Positions 48,629 to 61,637 are shown, counted from the first letter of the stretch. The stretch: DNA of 64,000 nucleotides from Malacoraja senta (GCA_038087875.1 CM075998.1:7070001-7134000); one strand, 5' to 3'. Notes: generated from the sequence alone by a model not told the origin. Made by a program: numbers and translations.

Positions 48629-51600
48629 AGTAAGATTAAATGAGAACTTACCAGTTTGAAGTTTGATCTTTATTTTATGAGGAGTTACGTTGGTGATTAG
48701 GTGAAGAAGACCCGTCAGGGCGCATGCGCGTCAATCTTCAAAGCAGCGGTATGAAATCACAGATAACAGAATATTTGAAGTAACATAGTAAGATGAGCAA
48801 CATGAGAACTACCATTTATGGGAGAGAGGGTTGGGCGTGGTGGGCACGTAATCACCAACGTAATTCCTGTCAGTGTTAATACCTGCCTGAATCAACACTT
48901 GCTTTAACCACCTTGAGAGTCTGCACTGACACTCTCTTGTGTGGTTTCTTGTAACTGATAACAATCCTGTTTCCACATTTCTTAAGGCCCTTGTAGCTTC
49001 AATATAATGTAATAAATGAGTCCTTACACACAAACATGGATCAGTAGGAGATGCTGAAAACACAATTTTGAAACCCACTGACGAAGCATCTTGAGGACCA
49101 CACTTACATCCCAGATCGCCATATACCTGGGTTTAGGAGGTCTGGAGTTGGAAATTCCTTTCATCAATCGAGCTATGAGAGGATGAGAACCAACAGGATC
49201 TTTCCCTGACCCCATCAAAAAATATGAGGACAAAGCACTTCTAACTGTATTAATGGCGCTATAACTGAGCCCCTCATCATAGTAGAGTGTCGACAGGAAC
49301 TCTAAAATTTCCACAATACCTGCAGTACTATAGTCAATATTATTTTGTACACAATATTGCTCCCATTTTTTACATAAGTAATATACTGCTTTTGAGTAAT
49401 CTTTCTCCAGGCTGCAGTGAGCATGTCCACAGTTCGCCCAGACAGTCCTCGCCCCAGGTATGGCCTTCTTAAAACCTGCAAATTAACAAATCAATACGGT
49501 TACATAACAGATGACTTTCCCGTGTTACCGGTTGCTCCAGTAAATTTCTACGCTTGGGAACCACCAAAGGAGGTTGGATCGCTAACTGTAACATCAAAGT
49601 GAACCATGCTTGAGTCGGCCAATTAGGTATTACAAGCACCCCCGAAGCGGCATCCTGCTTGATTTTTTGCAGACACCGACCTATGAGGCAGAATGGTGGG
49701 AAAAGTATATAAAAACATACCACCCCAATGTGGCGTGAAAGCATCAACTGCAACTGCCCCCTGGTCTGGTTCCCATGAAATATATTTAGGCAGCTGGTGG
49801 TTAAGCCTGGATGCAAACAAATCGATATCTGGCATTCCATATGTAACTGCAATATTATTGAACACCTCTTGTTCAACATCCACTCTGTGTTGTCATGGAA
49901 CTCTCGTGACGTGGCGTCTGCCACAATGTTGAATCTACCTGGTAGATAAATAGCTGAAAGCCAAATATCTTTATCAATACCCCAGGCCCAAATTTGATTA
50001 GCCAATCTGTCACAAGATACCGACTTGATTCCACCAATGTGATCAATATACGCCACTGCCGTAGTGTTGTCAATCTGACACTAAACATGCAGGTTACCTT
50101 TGTTAGAGCAAAAAACCTTAAGTGCAAAAAAAGCTCCTAAAAGCTCTAAATAGTTAATTCCCCATGTCTGCAGAAGCGATGCCTCTTGCTCAGTCCATCT
50201 GCCTCCACAGCTTGAACTCATATCCGTGGCACCCCACCCGAGTGCACTGACATCCGTCTGCAAAATCATGGAAGGCTGCTCAAGCACTACTTTGCTCGAA
50301 CTACTGGACACATGCGGAATCCACCATTGCAAATCAGCAACACCCTCTGCTGATAACTGCATGGGTATATTACAATGACCCAAATGTATCCTAAGTGCCT
50401 GTTCCTTTGCCCTCTGTAACTGTTGGTAGTGCAATGGCCCATATTGAACTGCTGGAAATGCTGCCACTAATTTTCCAAGCAGACTTGCCACTCTTACCTT
50501 TGGTGGAGTTCCAACGAAATTTCATTCGCAGACTCTGCCCATGTTGTCATTTCCATTAGATCGCTGATGTTGCTGGCCAAGTTCTCTTGTAGTGGCTAGT
50601 CCATCTCCAACTGAGCAGCAATTTTAGAGGCAACGCCCACTGCTTTCCCTCATGCGATCGTCGTGCATTATGCATTCAGCATGGGATCCCGGCACATAGC
50701 CATGTTCGGATTCCTGTTTGGGGTTAATCTATACTAACCTTAGACACTCTTTTAGAGTCGGAGTAATCGCAGCTGAAGCAGGTATCATCATCCATCTCCT
50801 CCATTTGCTTGTACATGCTTCTGTACCAAGCATGTTGTTCGACACCATTCCCCACAATCTTATCATATATGTGTGTGACTCCATCTTCATCCACTATACA
50901 TCTGCGTGGGAGGACTTATGCAACCTGCAACAGGAGCTGCCCCAGGCCTGTGTGCCTGTATTTTAGCACCATCTCGACCACTACGGAGAACCGAGTGGGA
51001 GGAATGGCAGCCCTGCAAACAGGTGTTGCTTCAGGCCCATGTGCATACTCCTGTAGCACTCTCTCGACCACTCTGCCATTTGAGTGGGAGACAATTTTGG
51101 CAACCCTTTACTAGGTGTTGCTGCCTGACATGCCTTAAGATGGAGCGTTGTTGGATTGCAACGAGATGTAATCTTGTCTGACATTGATACCCCAGGCTTG
51201 GCACTCACTCTGAGTTGGGGTTGTCAGGTCGCTGCCTACAGCAGCCACCAGGACTAGCCGTGCAAATCGATGGTCTGTTGGTATCCTCCTTCCCTAAACA
51301 GGCTGCACGTGCTAGCGACTCCAAGTCGTGCTCCTATCTGATGCCAACGCCATCTATAGGCAAGAATTGGAGCGCCTCTGGCCCCCGTACATCAGACATA
51401 TTGGGAAATGCTGGAATAAAACATAAGTTATTTGTAATAGGCAAAGACATTTATGTGAATGAAGACGCCCATCCCAGTTAAATCTGGGATTTATTTACTT
51501 TTAATATGAATAATCCGGCGTCATGGGGAAGAAAACGTGCACAGTCCCTTTAATGAGCAGAATTACTATGACGTCACCTGGTGTAACTCCCACAGGTGAC

Positions 51601-52716
51601 TGATAATACAGCTCAACAAGGTCCTAATTGAGTAAATGATAATCATCTGTCTCGGTATGATAGTCACAACGTGACCTAGTGGCAACTATAATGTCTACCC
51701 TTTGAACGCTTCCCAAAATTGCGTTCGTCCTTAATTTGGAGGGCAGCACTGCCGGGATGCGTGAATTGTAAATTCTCCTTGAAGGCCATAGACAGATAAG
51801 GTTGATAAACCACTTCCTGAGTTGGAGTTGGAGTTGGGGTTGGGGTCAGCCACACACTGACCCCTTGTACTCCTCTCCACTGAGGGCATTGGTAAGCAGC
51901 CCTGAAAACACAGGTGCTGCCACAATCCCCTGATGACCTGCCGTGATATGGCTCACCATATCAGGATAATCCACGTGTGAGGACATACATATATGACAGA
52001 GGGGACCCTCCTGGCCAGGCTCCATATGGTTTAGACACATATGGGCTGCCAAAGTCGGGGTCCCTGCCTCAATGAGTCGGGTAGTAACCCAACGACCACG
52101 CTCAGTCTGCACCCCGAACACCCTCGGGAGTCGCTGACCTTACTGTCAGCGACTCTAACAAGAAGTCCGATGACCACCGGCTCCTCACTTTACCGCGGAC
52201 CGTAGCCGGTATCCCCGCGGTCTAGAGAACCCCGCGGCCCATATTTAAAACACATCTTGGGAGTCGCTGACCTGCCTGTCAGCGACTCGAAACAACAAGC
52301 CCAACAGCCACCCGCAGTGACCGTAGCTTGCATAACCCACGGTCGACAAAACCCCGCGGCCCGAATTAAACCTCGGGAGTCGCAGACCGTTCTGTCCGTG
52401 ACTCAACCAGCAAAACCCACCGGCCGCCTGGTACCGCACTCCCGCGGTCCGAAGCCGGCATCCCCGCGGTCAACATTTTCCCCGCTGTCCACCGGGTTAT
52501 GCTCAATTCTATATCCAGCAGGAACCTGCGAGAAGAGATTCCTGCAACGGACAACCTGAAAAGTAAGTTTAAACTTACCTGCAGGATTTTTCAAACTTAC
52601 CGCTGGAGGACTCTGTTCCTCCCAGCCGGTCTGCGCCAATGGGACTGACGTAATGACGCGCATGCGCCCTGACGGGTCTTCTTCACGTAGTCGCTCACGT
52701 GACTCCGAAGTAAAAT
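48629..52716 (-). mobile_element. DIRS1-like tyrosine-recombinase retrotransposon, internally deleted
   Basis: Inverted terminal repeats (gtgaagaagacccgtcagggcgcatgcgcgtca at about 48701-48733 and reverse at about 52653-52686); RNase H 50081-50491; methyltransferase-like domain (DIDLFASRLN, FPPF); YR N-terminus 49024-49314; aat(ag) at both junctions. Confidence 0.88.
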
Positions 52717-54919
52717 AGGCAGGTGAAAGGCAGAGAGCGAGGAAGGAGGGTTGGTTTAAACTGCACATGTTTTAATGCAAGGGGCCTGACGGGTAAGGCA
52801 GATTAGATTAGGGCATGGATAGGTACGAGCGACTGGGACATTGTAGCAATGACTGAAACCTGGTTCAGGGAGGGGCAGGACTGGCAGCTCAATGTTCTGG
52901 GGTACAGGAGCTTCAGGAGAGAGAGGGGTGAGGTAAAAAGAGGAGGGAGGTGGTTGCATTGTTGGTTGAGGAGGATATCACGGCCGTGTTCAGATGTGAC
53001 ATTACAGACGGTTCGTCTAGTGAGGCTATGTGGGTGGAGCTGAGGAACAAGAAAGGGATGATCACCTTGTTGGGGGTGTACTACAGACCCCCAAATAGTC
53101 GACAGGAATTAGAAGAACAAATGTGCCTGGAGATTGCAGACAGCTGCAGGTCAAATAAGGTTGTTGTAGTAGGGGATTTTAACTTTCCCAATATAGTCTG
53201 GGAAAATCATCGGGTGAAGGGTTTAGATGGGGTGCAATTCCTCAAAAGTGTTCAGGAGTGTTTTCTTAAGCAGTATGTGGAGGCCCCCACACGTGAGAGG
53301 GCACGCTGGATCTAGTATTGGGAAATTGGGAAGGGCAAGTTAATGAAGTGTGTGTGGAGGAGCCTTTTGGGACCAGTGACGACAGTTCCATTAGGTTTAA
53401 GATAGTTATGGATAGGGATGGAGAGGGTCCACATGTTAAAATGCTCAACTGGGGTAAGGCCAACTTTGAGGGAAGTTCTCGCTCAAGTTGACTGGAGCAG
53501 GTTATTAGAGGGGAAAGGAACATCGGCAAAATGGGATGTTTTTAAAAATGTACCGAAGAAAGCACAGAGTGAAGGGCAAAGCAGGCAAACGTAAGGAAGC
53601 TTGGCTGATGAGGGAAATTGAGGTGGTCAAAAACAAGAAGAAGGATGCACGGGACAGGTATAGGCAGCTGGGATCAACTGCATCCCTGGAGGAGTTTCGG
53701 GAACTAAGGAGTAAACTGAAAAAGGAAATCAGAAGGGCAAAAAAGGGGCCAGGAGATAGCTCTGGCGGGTAGCATTAAGGACAATCCCAAAAGATTTTAT
53801 AAATTCACAAGGGGAAAAGGGTAATTAGAGAGAGAGAGTGGGACCTGTCAGTAATTAAAGCGGTCACCTCTGTGTGGAGCCACAGGAGATGGGCAAGGTC
53901 CTCAATGAGTATTTCTCCTCTGTATTTACCGAGGAGAAAGACAGTAGGACGGAGGAACTTGGGGCAGTCAATGGAAGTGTCTTGAGAGCAGTCAGGGTTA
54001 CTGTCGAAGAAGTACTGAAGGTACTGTCATGTATGAAGGTAGACAAATCTCCAGGGCCTGATCTGATATATCCGAGGACATTGCTGTGAACTAGAGAGGA
54101 AATTGCGGGAGCCCTGATTGAAATTTACGAGTCGTCCTTAAATACAGGAGACGTGCCGGAAGACTGGAGGGTGGCAAATGTTGTCCCTCTTTTCAAGAAA
54201 GGCTGCAGGGAAAATGCTGGGAACTATAAGCTGGTGAGCTTAACATCTGTAGTTGGTAAGTTACTGGAGAGTATACTGCGGGATAGGATATACAGGCATT
54301 TGGATGGGCAAGGGCTGATTAGGGATAGTCAGCATGGTTTTGTACGTGGGAGCTCGTGTCTCACAAATCTGATTGATTTTTTTGAAGACATGACCAAAAT
54401 GTTTGATGAGGGCAGAGCTGTAGATGTTGTGTACATGGACTTCAGCAAGGCATTCGACAAGGCTCCGCATGGTAGGCTGCTCTGGAAGGTTAGATCGCAT
54501 GGGATCCACGGAGAGATAGCTGAATGGATAGCAAATTGGCTCAATACCCTCCCCTTTCCCTACAACTCTCTCCCCTTTCCTATTTCCCCACAACTCTCTC
54601 CCCTCTCCCCTTCTTCCCTCTCTCCCTTACCCCTTCTCTCCTCTCCCCTCCCCTCCAACCCTCCCCCATCCACTCAACCCTCTCACCTCTCCCCTTTCCC
54701 CACAACTCTCTCCCCTTTCCCTCTCCCCTTCATCCCCTATCCCCTTCTTTCCTCTCTCCCATTCCCCACAACTTTCTCTCTGCCCCCCCCACCATTCCCT
54801 CCCACCCTCTGCCCCTCCCATCCCCTCCTCTCCCCACCAACCCTCTGACTCTCCCCTCTCGATGTTGAATCCTGATTAATGCCTCAATAAACAGAGTGGG
54901 TCTAATCTTTGTGTTATGT

Positions 54920-55157
54920 CATGTCTGTGCACAGTTTGTAAGTTCTCTCTGTGACCGCGTGGGTTTTCTCCATGTGCTCCGGTTTCCTCCCGTTCTCCAA
55001 AGACGTGCGGGTTTGTAGGTTAATTGACTTCCGAAAATTGTAAATTGTCCCTCGTGTGTGTAGGATAGTGCTACTGTACGAGGTGAGCGCTGGTCGGCGC
55101 AGACTCAGTGAGTCGAAGGGCCAATTTCCGTGATGTATCTCAAAGTAAAGTCTAAAA
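54920..55157 (+). mobile_element. HE1-like V-SINE, 5'-truncated
   Basis: V-domain and CR1-like tail. Confidence 0.78.
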
Positions 55158-55339
55158 TCCAAAGTGTACCGAGGCACAGAAAAGTTAGTTTGTTGCTTGC
55201 TATCCATTCAGGGGAAAGACTATACATGATCACAATCAAGCAGTCCACAGTGTACAGATACTGGATAAAGGGAATAACGTTTAGTTAGAGGGAGAGATCG
55301 GGGGAGAGGGGATGGGAGGAAAGAATTTGGTTTATTCTT

Positions 55340-56070
55340 GTTTAGTTTAGTTTATTATTGTCATGTGTGTCAAGGTACAGTGAAAAGCTTTTTTGTTGGG
55401 TACTTCTAGTCAGCGGAAAGAATATACATTATTGCAATCGAGCCGTCCACAGTGTATAGATGTTGGATAAAGGGAATAACATTTAGTGCTGATAAAGTCC
55501 AGTAAAGTCCGATCAAATGTTATGCGAGAGTCTCCAATGAGGTAGATAGTAGGTCAGGACCGCTCTCTGGGTGTGGTAGGATGGTTCAGTTGCCTGATAA
55601 CAGCTGGGAAGAAACTGTCCCTGAATCTGGAGGTGTGTGTTTTCACACTTCTGTACCTCTTGCCCGATGTGAGCGGGGAGAAGAGGGAGTGACCGGGGTG
55701 AGACTGGTTAAGATTGTCTCCTCCAGTGCGATATCTCCTCAAGGTATGCCTACCTTGAAGAAGTTCTTCTCCTCTCTCACATCAGTCTGAAGTAGGGTCT
55801 CGACCCGAAATGTCACCTATTCCTTTGCTCCATAGATGCTGCCTCACCCGCTGAGTTTCTCCAGCATTTTTGGTAAGACTGGTCCTTGACTCTGCTGCTG
55901 GCCTCGCCGAGACAGCGTGAGGTGCAGATGTAGTCGATGGAAGGGAAGTTGTTTGCTGTGTGATGTCTGGGCTGCGTCCACAACTCTTTTCAATTTCTTG
56001 CGGTCTTGGAGCTGTTCCCAAACCGTGCTGTGATGCATCCCGATAACATGCTTTCTACGGCGCAACTGGA
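55340..56070 (-). mobile_element. Rex1-like LINE 3' fragment (partial duplicate of its 3' UTR at 55160-55285)
   Basis: HPGHSLFSPLTSGKRYRSVKTHTSRFRDSFFPAVIRQLN. Confidence 0.75.
55709..55875 (+). mobile_element. Short non-autonomous element with Penelope pLTR/hammerhead-like 3' part and 8-bp TSD
   Basis: TSD agactggt at 55701-55708 and 55876-55883; ctgaagtagggtctcgacccgaaatgtc core. Confidence 0.65.
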
Positions 56071-56439
56071 GAAATCTGTCATGTGCAGTTCTGCTCTGTG
56101 TTCTATGTTTATATCACGCATGCTGGCAGCGGTTTCCCGTGCGGGATGACGGGATGGAACGTTGCAATTTCAACCGCATCGACCCAATAGTAAAGTCATG
56201 ATGAATCACAGCGATGGTGGAATAATACGACAAGGGGTAACCGGACGCAGGAAATGTAACTGCATACCATCTGTAGGGGGGTGTCAGCTGCGATGCATTG
56301 CAGCGGCAACAGTTGGCGGACAGAGGGCAACCGCGCAGGAAATGCGTGGAGCAATCTCGTAGTGACAGGTACCACCGCAAACGTGCAGCTGTGTTTCGGC
56401 TTCTTTGCTGCAGTTACAGGCAGGGAATTGGTGCATTTG

Positions 56440-56965
56440 ATAGAATCACAGTTGCACAGCACGGAAACAGGCTCTTCAGCTCCACTTTCCAACCAACTTG
56501 CTCCATCTACACTAGTCCCACCTGCCTGTGTTTGACACATATCCCTCTAACGTGTCCTATCCATGCATTCTTAAACGTTGCGATAGTCTCTGCCTCAACT
56601 CCTGCGGCAGCTCATTCCATATACACCCACCACCCTCTGTTTGTAAAGGTTGCCCTTCAGGTTCCTGTTCAATCTTGACCTCCTCACCTAAAACCTATAT
56701 CCTCTGGTTCTCGATTTCCTCTACTCTGGGCAAGAGACTCTGTGCGTTTACCCGATCTATTCCTCTCATGATTTTGTACACCTCTACAAGATCACCCCTC
56801 ATCCTCCTGCGCTCCATGGAATAGAGTGCCAGCCCTGCTCAAACTCTACCTATCGCTCAGGTCCCTCGGGTCCTGGTAACATCCTCGTAAATATTCTCTG
56901 CACCCTTTCCAGCATGAGAACATCTTCCTGCAACACGGTGCCCAGAACTGAACACAATACTCTAA
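56440..56965 (-). mobile_element. CR1 LINE 3' fragment
   Basis: ctagtcccacctgcctg 3' UTR and C-terminal coding relic, similar to 39730-40075. Confidence 0.75.
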
Positions 56966-57184
56966 ATGTAGCCTGTGGGGAATGCCATGTTTAATATGTT
57001 TAGAGTAATGCATTTATAAATGGATGTGTAATGATGTGTTAATGTGGGGCGCAATATAACTGTGCAACGCGTAATTCCTAAAATATTAGATTGTGTATTC
57101 ATTGACATAAGGAGTAATGCATTCTTGCAGGGGAGCAATGCTTTGATGCAGGGAGTGCTGCACAAACAGAGTAATGCATTAAGC

Positions 57185-58757
57185 CGAGCACAGTAGCGCA
57201 GCGATAGAGTTGTTGCCTCATGGCGCCAGCGAGCCGGATTCGATCCTGACAACGGGTGCTGTCTGTACGGAGATTGCGCATTCTCCCTATGAGGAACGTG
57301 GGTTTTCTCTGGGTGCTCTGGTTTCCTCCCACATCCAAAGAATGCAGTTTGCATACCGGGCAAATAGATCAGTGGATAATGCAGTCAACCTAGGCCTGCA
57401 CTTCATCCTCCAGCACCTAGACCGCCAGGGGACCTATGCAAGGATTTTTGTTTGTGGATTTTAGCTCTGCATTCAACACCATTGTGCCAGAGCTGCTACT
57501 CTCCAAACTCTCCCAGTTGACTGTGCCTGAACCCCTCTGTCAGTGGATCACCAACTTCCTGACAGACAGGAAGCAGCATGTGAGGCTGGGAAAGCACATC
57601 TCGGACCCGCAAACACTCAGCATAGGAGCTGTAGCTGTAGCAAGGCTGTACTTTCCCCTCTCCTCTACTCTCTCTACACCAACGACTGCACCTCCACAGA
57701 CACCTCTGTGAAGCTTCTCAAGTTTGTGGACGACACAACCCTGATTGGACTGATCCAGGATGGGGAGGAATCTGCCTACAGACAGGAAATGACACAGCTG
57801 GGGTCGCAACAACCTGGAGCTCAATGTTCTTAAGACAGTGGAATTGATTGTAGACTTTAGGGAGAGCTCCCCCTCCCCTCCCCCCACTCACCATCAACAA
57901 CACCACAGTCACATCTGTGGAGTCATTGGGAACCATCATCTCCAGGGACCTTAACTGGGGGGGCTACCATCGACTCCACAGTCAAAAAGGCCAACAGAGG
58001 ATGTACTTCCTGCGGCAGCTGAGGAAACACAATCTGCCACAGGCAATGATGGTCCAATTCTACACGGCCATCGTAGAGTCTGTTCTCACCTTTTCCATCA
58101 TGGTCTGGTTTGACTCAGCCACCAAGCACGACATCCGGACGCTGCAGCGAATCGTCCGATCAGCTGAGAAGGTTGTTGGCTGCAACCTTCCCTCCATTGA
58201 TGAACTGTACACTGCAAGGGCCAGGAAGCGAGTGGGTAAGATCATCTCTGACCCCTCTCACCCTGGCCACAAACTCTTTGAATCACTTCCCTCTGGAAGG
58301 GCGACTCCGGACTGTCAAAGTTGCCACAGTCAGACATAAAAAACAGCTTTTATCCACGAGCAGTAGCTCTACTCAATAACCAAAAATCTGTAGCCTTCTT
58401 TTGCTCTGGTATTTTATTTCATTCACTCGTTTAAACTATAATGTTTTATTCTTAATGTTTTAATGTTTTACGTTTTATTCTTAATTGCTACTGTATGTCG
58501 TGTTGGTACTTGCGAGCGGAGCACCAAGGCAAATTCCTTGTATGTATACATACTTGGCCAATAAACTTATTAGTTCATAAACTTATTCATTATTCATTCA
58601 TTTGTAGGTTAATTGGCTTCTCTAAATTGCCCCCCTATGTGTATGGAGTGGATGAGAAGGTGGGATACCATAGATCTAGTGTACGGGGTGATCGCTGGTC
58701 GGGCACGGATTCAGTGGCCAAAGGGCCTGTTTCCATGCTGTATCTCTAAACTAAACT
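57185..58757 (+). mobile_element. HE1-like SINE split by a Rex1 insertion (SINE parts 57185-57340 and 58601-58757)
   Basis: A/B boxes and V-domain at left; tttgtaggttaattggc...(ctaaa)n resumes at 58601. Confidence 0.8.
57341..58600 (+). mobile_element. Rex1/Babar LINE, 5'-truncated RT to 3' tail
   Basis: QFAYRANRSVD, FVDFSSAFNTI, LSPLLYSLYTNDC, KFVDDTT, DPSHPGH; AATAAA plus (attc)n. Confidence 0.88.
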
Positions 58758-59559
58758 ACTGTGAACGGGCGATCGTTGGTCGCACGGGACACGGTGAACT
58801 GAAAGGGCCCGTTTCCGCTCTGTAAACTACCACACAAACTCAGACTGCAGAGATTTATTTGCAGAAATCGTGGAGAGTTGTGGCCGCAGCCCAGACCATC
58901 ACTTCTCAGAGATGCTGCTTGACTCGCTGAGTTACTCCACCACTTTGTACCTAACCGTGTCCTTCAGAGATCCTGCCTGACCTGCCGAGTAAACTCCAGC
59001 ACTCTTGTGTCAGTCTTTTCTACACTCAATACCCTGACCTCCGCGTGGCCAATGTGCTGTTTCTGCCATCAAAGCCCATTAATCTTTAATCGCGGTGCCA
59101 AACACTTTAACTCTCCCTCGCAATCTGTGTCTTGTTAATAACAAAAGCTGTCACCTGCTCCCCTGACTATAAACTGACCTTGAAATCTTGACTTCCCGTT
59201 TCTGAAGTTACCCCTTTAATTTGTGGTCTCATTAAAGTTGAGACAGTGATTGTTGTTCTAGCTCCAGGTGTTTAACCAATACACTACACACTGTCCCCGA
59301 TATCCACCCATAACTTGGCACACAACAGTGGCGTCCAAAGCAAAGTTATAGATTCATGCAAGATACTTTGTGTCTATCTTAAACCAGCATCGACTGTTCC
59401 TTCCGACACTCTTCCTACGCTCTCCTCTCTCTCCCTCTCTCCCTCTCCCTCCCTGTGGGGAAGTGTGTGCGCGTGCACCAGTGGTGAGGACGGGGAGTTT
59501 CGAGGGGGGAGTGTGGAGTGGTGCGGGGAAGAAGGAAGTCTGTAGTTTCGATCCGGGGG

Positions 59560-60470
59560 GAGAGAGAGGAGAGAGGCGGGAGAGAGAGAGTTCAAGAGAG
59601 GAGATATACAGGGTAGGGGAACTGGGTAGAGGGGAGGCAATGTGTGTGAGTGTGTTTGTGTGAGAGAGAGAGGGAGTGTGGGAGAGAGGCTGGAGGAGAT
59701 AAAGAAGGGGAGCAGCGGGAAGAGGGAGACCCAGAGAGGAAAGATACAGGAGGGGGAGGGAGAGGCAATGTGTGTGTGAGAGGAGTGAAAATGAAATGGA
59801 GAGATAGGGGGGGGGGTGTTAGAGAGACAGAAAGGGAGAGTGAAAGAGAGAGAGAGAGAGGTGGGTGGTGGTGGGAGAGAGTGGGGAGCGGCGGGTAGAG
59901 GGGAATCTAGGGAGGAGAGACACATAGTGGGTGAACTGGTCTGGGGAAGGTGGGAGAGTGGAGCGGCAATGTGTGTAAGAGAGTGAAGGAGAGAAAGTGT
60001 GTGTGTGAGGGACAGAGAGAGAGAGATTGGGGGAGGGAAAGGGGTAGAGTGGCTGTGAGATGGAGGAGGGGGGTGGGCAGCAATGTGTGTGACCGTGTGT
60101 GTGAGAGAGAGTGACTGGGAGAGGAGAGGGAGGTGGCTGTGAGGGGGGAGGTCAATATGTGAGTGAATGTGTGAGAGAGAGAGTGTGAGAATGACTGGAG
60201 GAGAGAGATAGAGGAGGTCAATGTGTGAGTGCGTACGTGAGAGAGATAGAGGGAGCGTGGGAGAGAAAGAGGGAGAGGGGGAGAGGGAGAGGGAGAGGGA
60301 GCGGAGGGAGATCGAGAGAGAAGAGACATGGTGGGCGGGGAAGAGAGGGGTGGGGAGGGGGGTCAGAGAGACAAAAAGGGAGAGAAAAGTGTGAGAGACT
60401 GGGGGGGAGAGAGAGAGACTGGAGGAGGGACAGAGAGAGACTGGGGGAGTGTGAGGGTCACAGTGATGAG
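59560..60470. repeat. GA/GT-rich low-complexity tract
   Basis: Directly visible purine-rich sequence. Confidence 0.85.
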
Positions 60471-60532
60471 TGAGGGTTCGGGGTTACGATGACTTCTCCT
60501 GACCCCTGCCCCCTCCGGTTAAAGGGCGATGG

Positions 60533-60608
60533 ATGGAGACGGGTGCCTTGACGACGAGCAGAATAGGGTGGCAGCCGGAGACCTTTCACCCCGATGACGA
60601 CACCCCAG
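60533..60608 (+). CDS. Candidate first coding exon of an unidentified host gene (METGALTTSRIGWQPETFHPDDDTP)
   Basis: Non-repetitive CpG-rich island; pyrimidine tract plus AG at 60523-60524; ATG at 60533; weak donor CAG|GTACCC, phase 1. Confidence 0.3.
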
Positions 60609-60819
60609 GTACCCGTGGGGTCGCAGGGTGTCGAGGGTCGGGCGCACTGACCTTTCACCCCCGGGATTTTCGGCTGGGGTCAGGGCCTGGGAACAAGTAA
60701 TGGCGCAAGAACAGCCCTTCGGCCCACAATGAGATTGATGGTCTTGATCAGTACGGGGTTATGGGGAGAAGGCAGGAGAATGGGGTTGAGAGAGAAAGAT
60801 AGATCAGCCATGATTTTGT

Positions 60820-61105
60820 GGGAAGCAACTGCAGATGCTGGTTTAAACCAAAGATAGACACAAAAAGCTGGAGTAACTCTGCGGGACAGGCAGCATCTCT
60901 GGAGAGAAGGAATGGGTGACGTTTCGGGTCGAGACCCTTCTTCAGACTGATTAGGGATAAGGGAAACGAGAGATATAGACTGTGCTGTGGAGAGATAAAG
61001 AACAATGAATAAAAGATATGCAAAAAAAAGTAACGATGATAAAGGAAACAGGGCCATTCATTGTTAGCTGTTTGTCGGGTGAAAACGAGAAGCTAGTGCA
61101 GCCTG
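60820..61105 (-). mobile_element. Penelope pLTR-derived element with intact hammerhead core (about 60913-60948)
   Basis: Minus strand CTGAAGA-a-gggtc-tc-gaccc-GAAA-c-GTC, then gatgctgcctgtcccgc and ccagcatctgcagtt tail. Confidence 0.75.
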
Positions 61106-61548
61106 GGCCTTTCCTGCCTTTCGTGCTGTATTTTTAACGTCACGAACAAGGCTTCCAGATCTCCTCCACACTCACCAATGAGAATAGTTTTCTGTCGGCA
61201 GGTTTCCCATAAAGAACAAGCAATTTGATTTGATTGTCTTAAGCCCATCACACACTATTTAAAATGGCAATGTAACTGCAGTACTAATGACTCCATGTGA
61301 CATTCACGGAACCAAAATCTGCAGGTGCTGGAAATTCAAAATGAAGCAAAAAATGTTTTGGAAGTGAGTAAAAACCACGAGGGGAATATATAAGGTGAAT
61401 GCATAGTCTTTTTCCCGGTTGACAAAAGTGCTGGAGAAACTCAGCGGGTGAGGCAGCATCTATGGAGCGAATGAAATAGGCAACGTTTCTGGCTGAGACC
61501 TTCCCGGGATATGTGATTCAAGAACTAGAGGGCATGATTGGTTTAAAG

Positions 61549-61600
61549 CAGGGGTGTCAAACTACCAGCCCGCGAAGGGGTCCAATCCGGCCCGTGGGAT
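61549..61600 (+). mobile_element. hAT-Charlie-like terminal inverted repeat fragment
   Basis: CAGGGGTGTCAAACT...cggccc preceded by 8-mer gtttaaag. Confidence 0.55.
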
Positions 61601-61637
61601 GATTATACTCTAAACTAAACTACACATTCCCGTGCAG

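Larger units (their letters stand above)
42898..54545 (+). mobile_element. Older CR1 LINE (ORF1 end plus ORF2) in three pieces: 42898-42968, 48381-48628, 52717-54545
   Basis: RKIGEMNVWLRS|WC..GFRFLDHWDLF is continuous across the first insertion; ggacagaat|aggcaggtg is continuous across the DIRS element; APE/RT ORFs 52849-54545. Confidence 0.82.

Noticed and set aside
49469..49883. Adenine methyltransferase-like plus phage-integrase-like domains suggesting bacterial or phage DNA
   Set aside because: Both are standard components of DIRS1-type retrotransposons and lie between DIRS ITRs.
52120..52410. Spaced palindromic repeats as a CRISPR array
   Set aside because: Only three diverged copies, spacers of about 100 bp share motifs, no cas genes, eukaryotic TE context.
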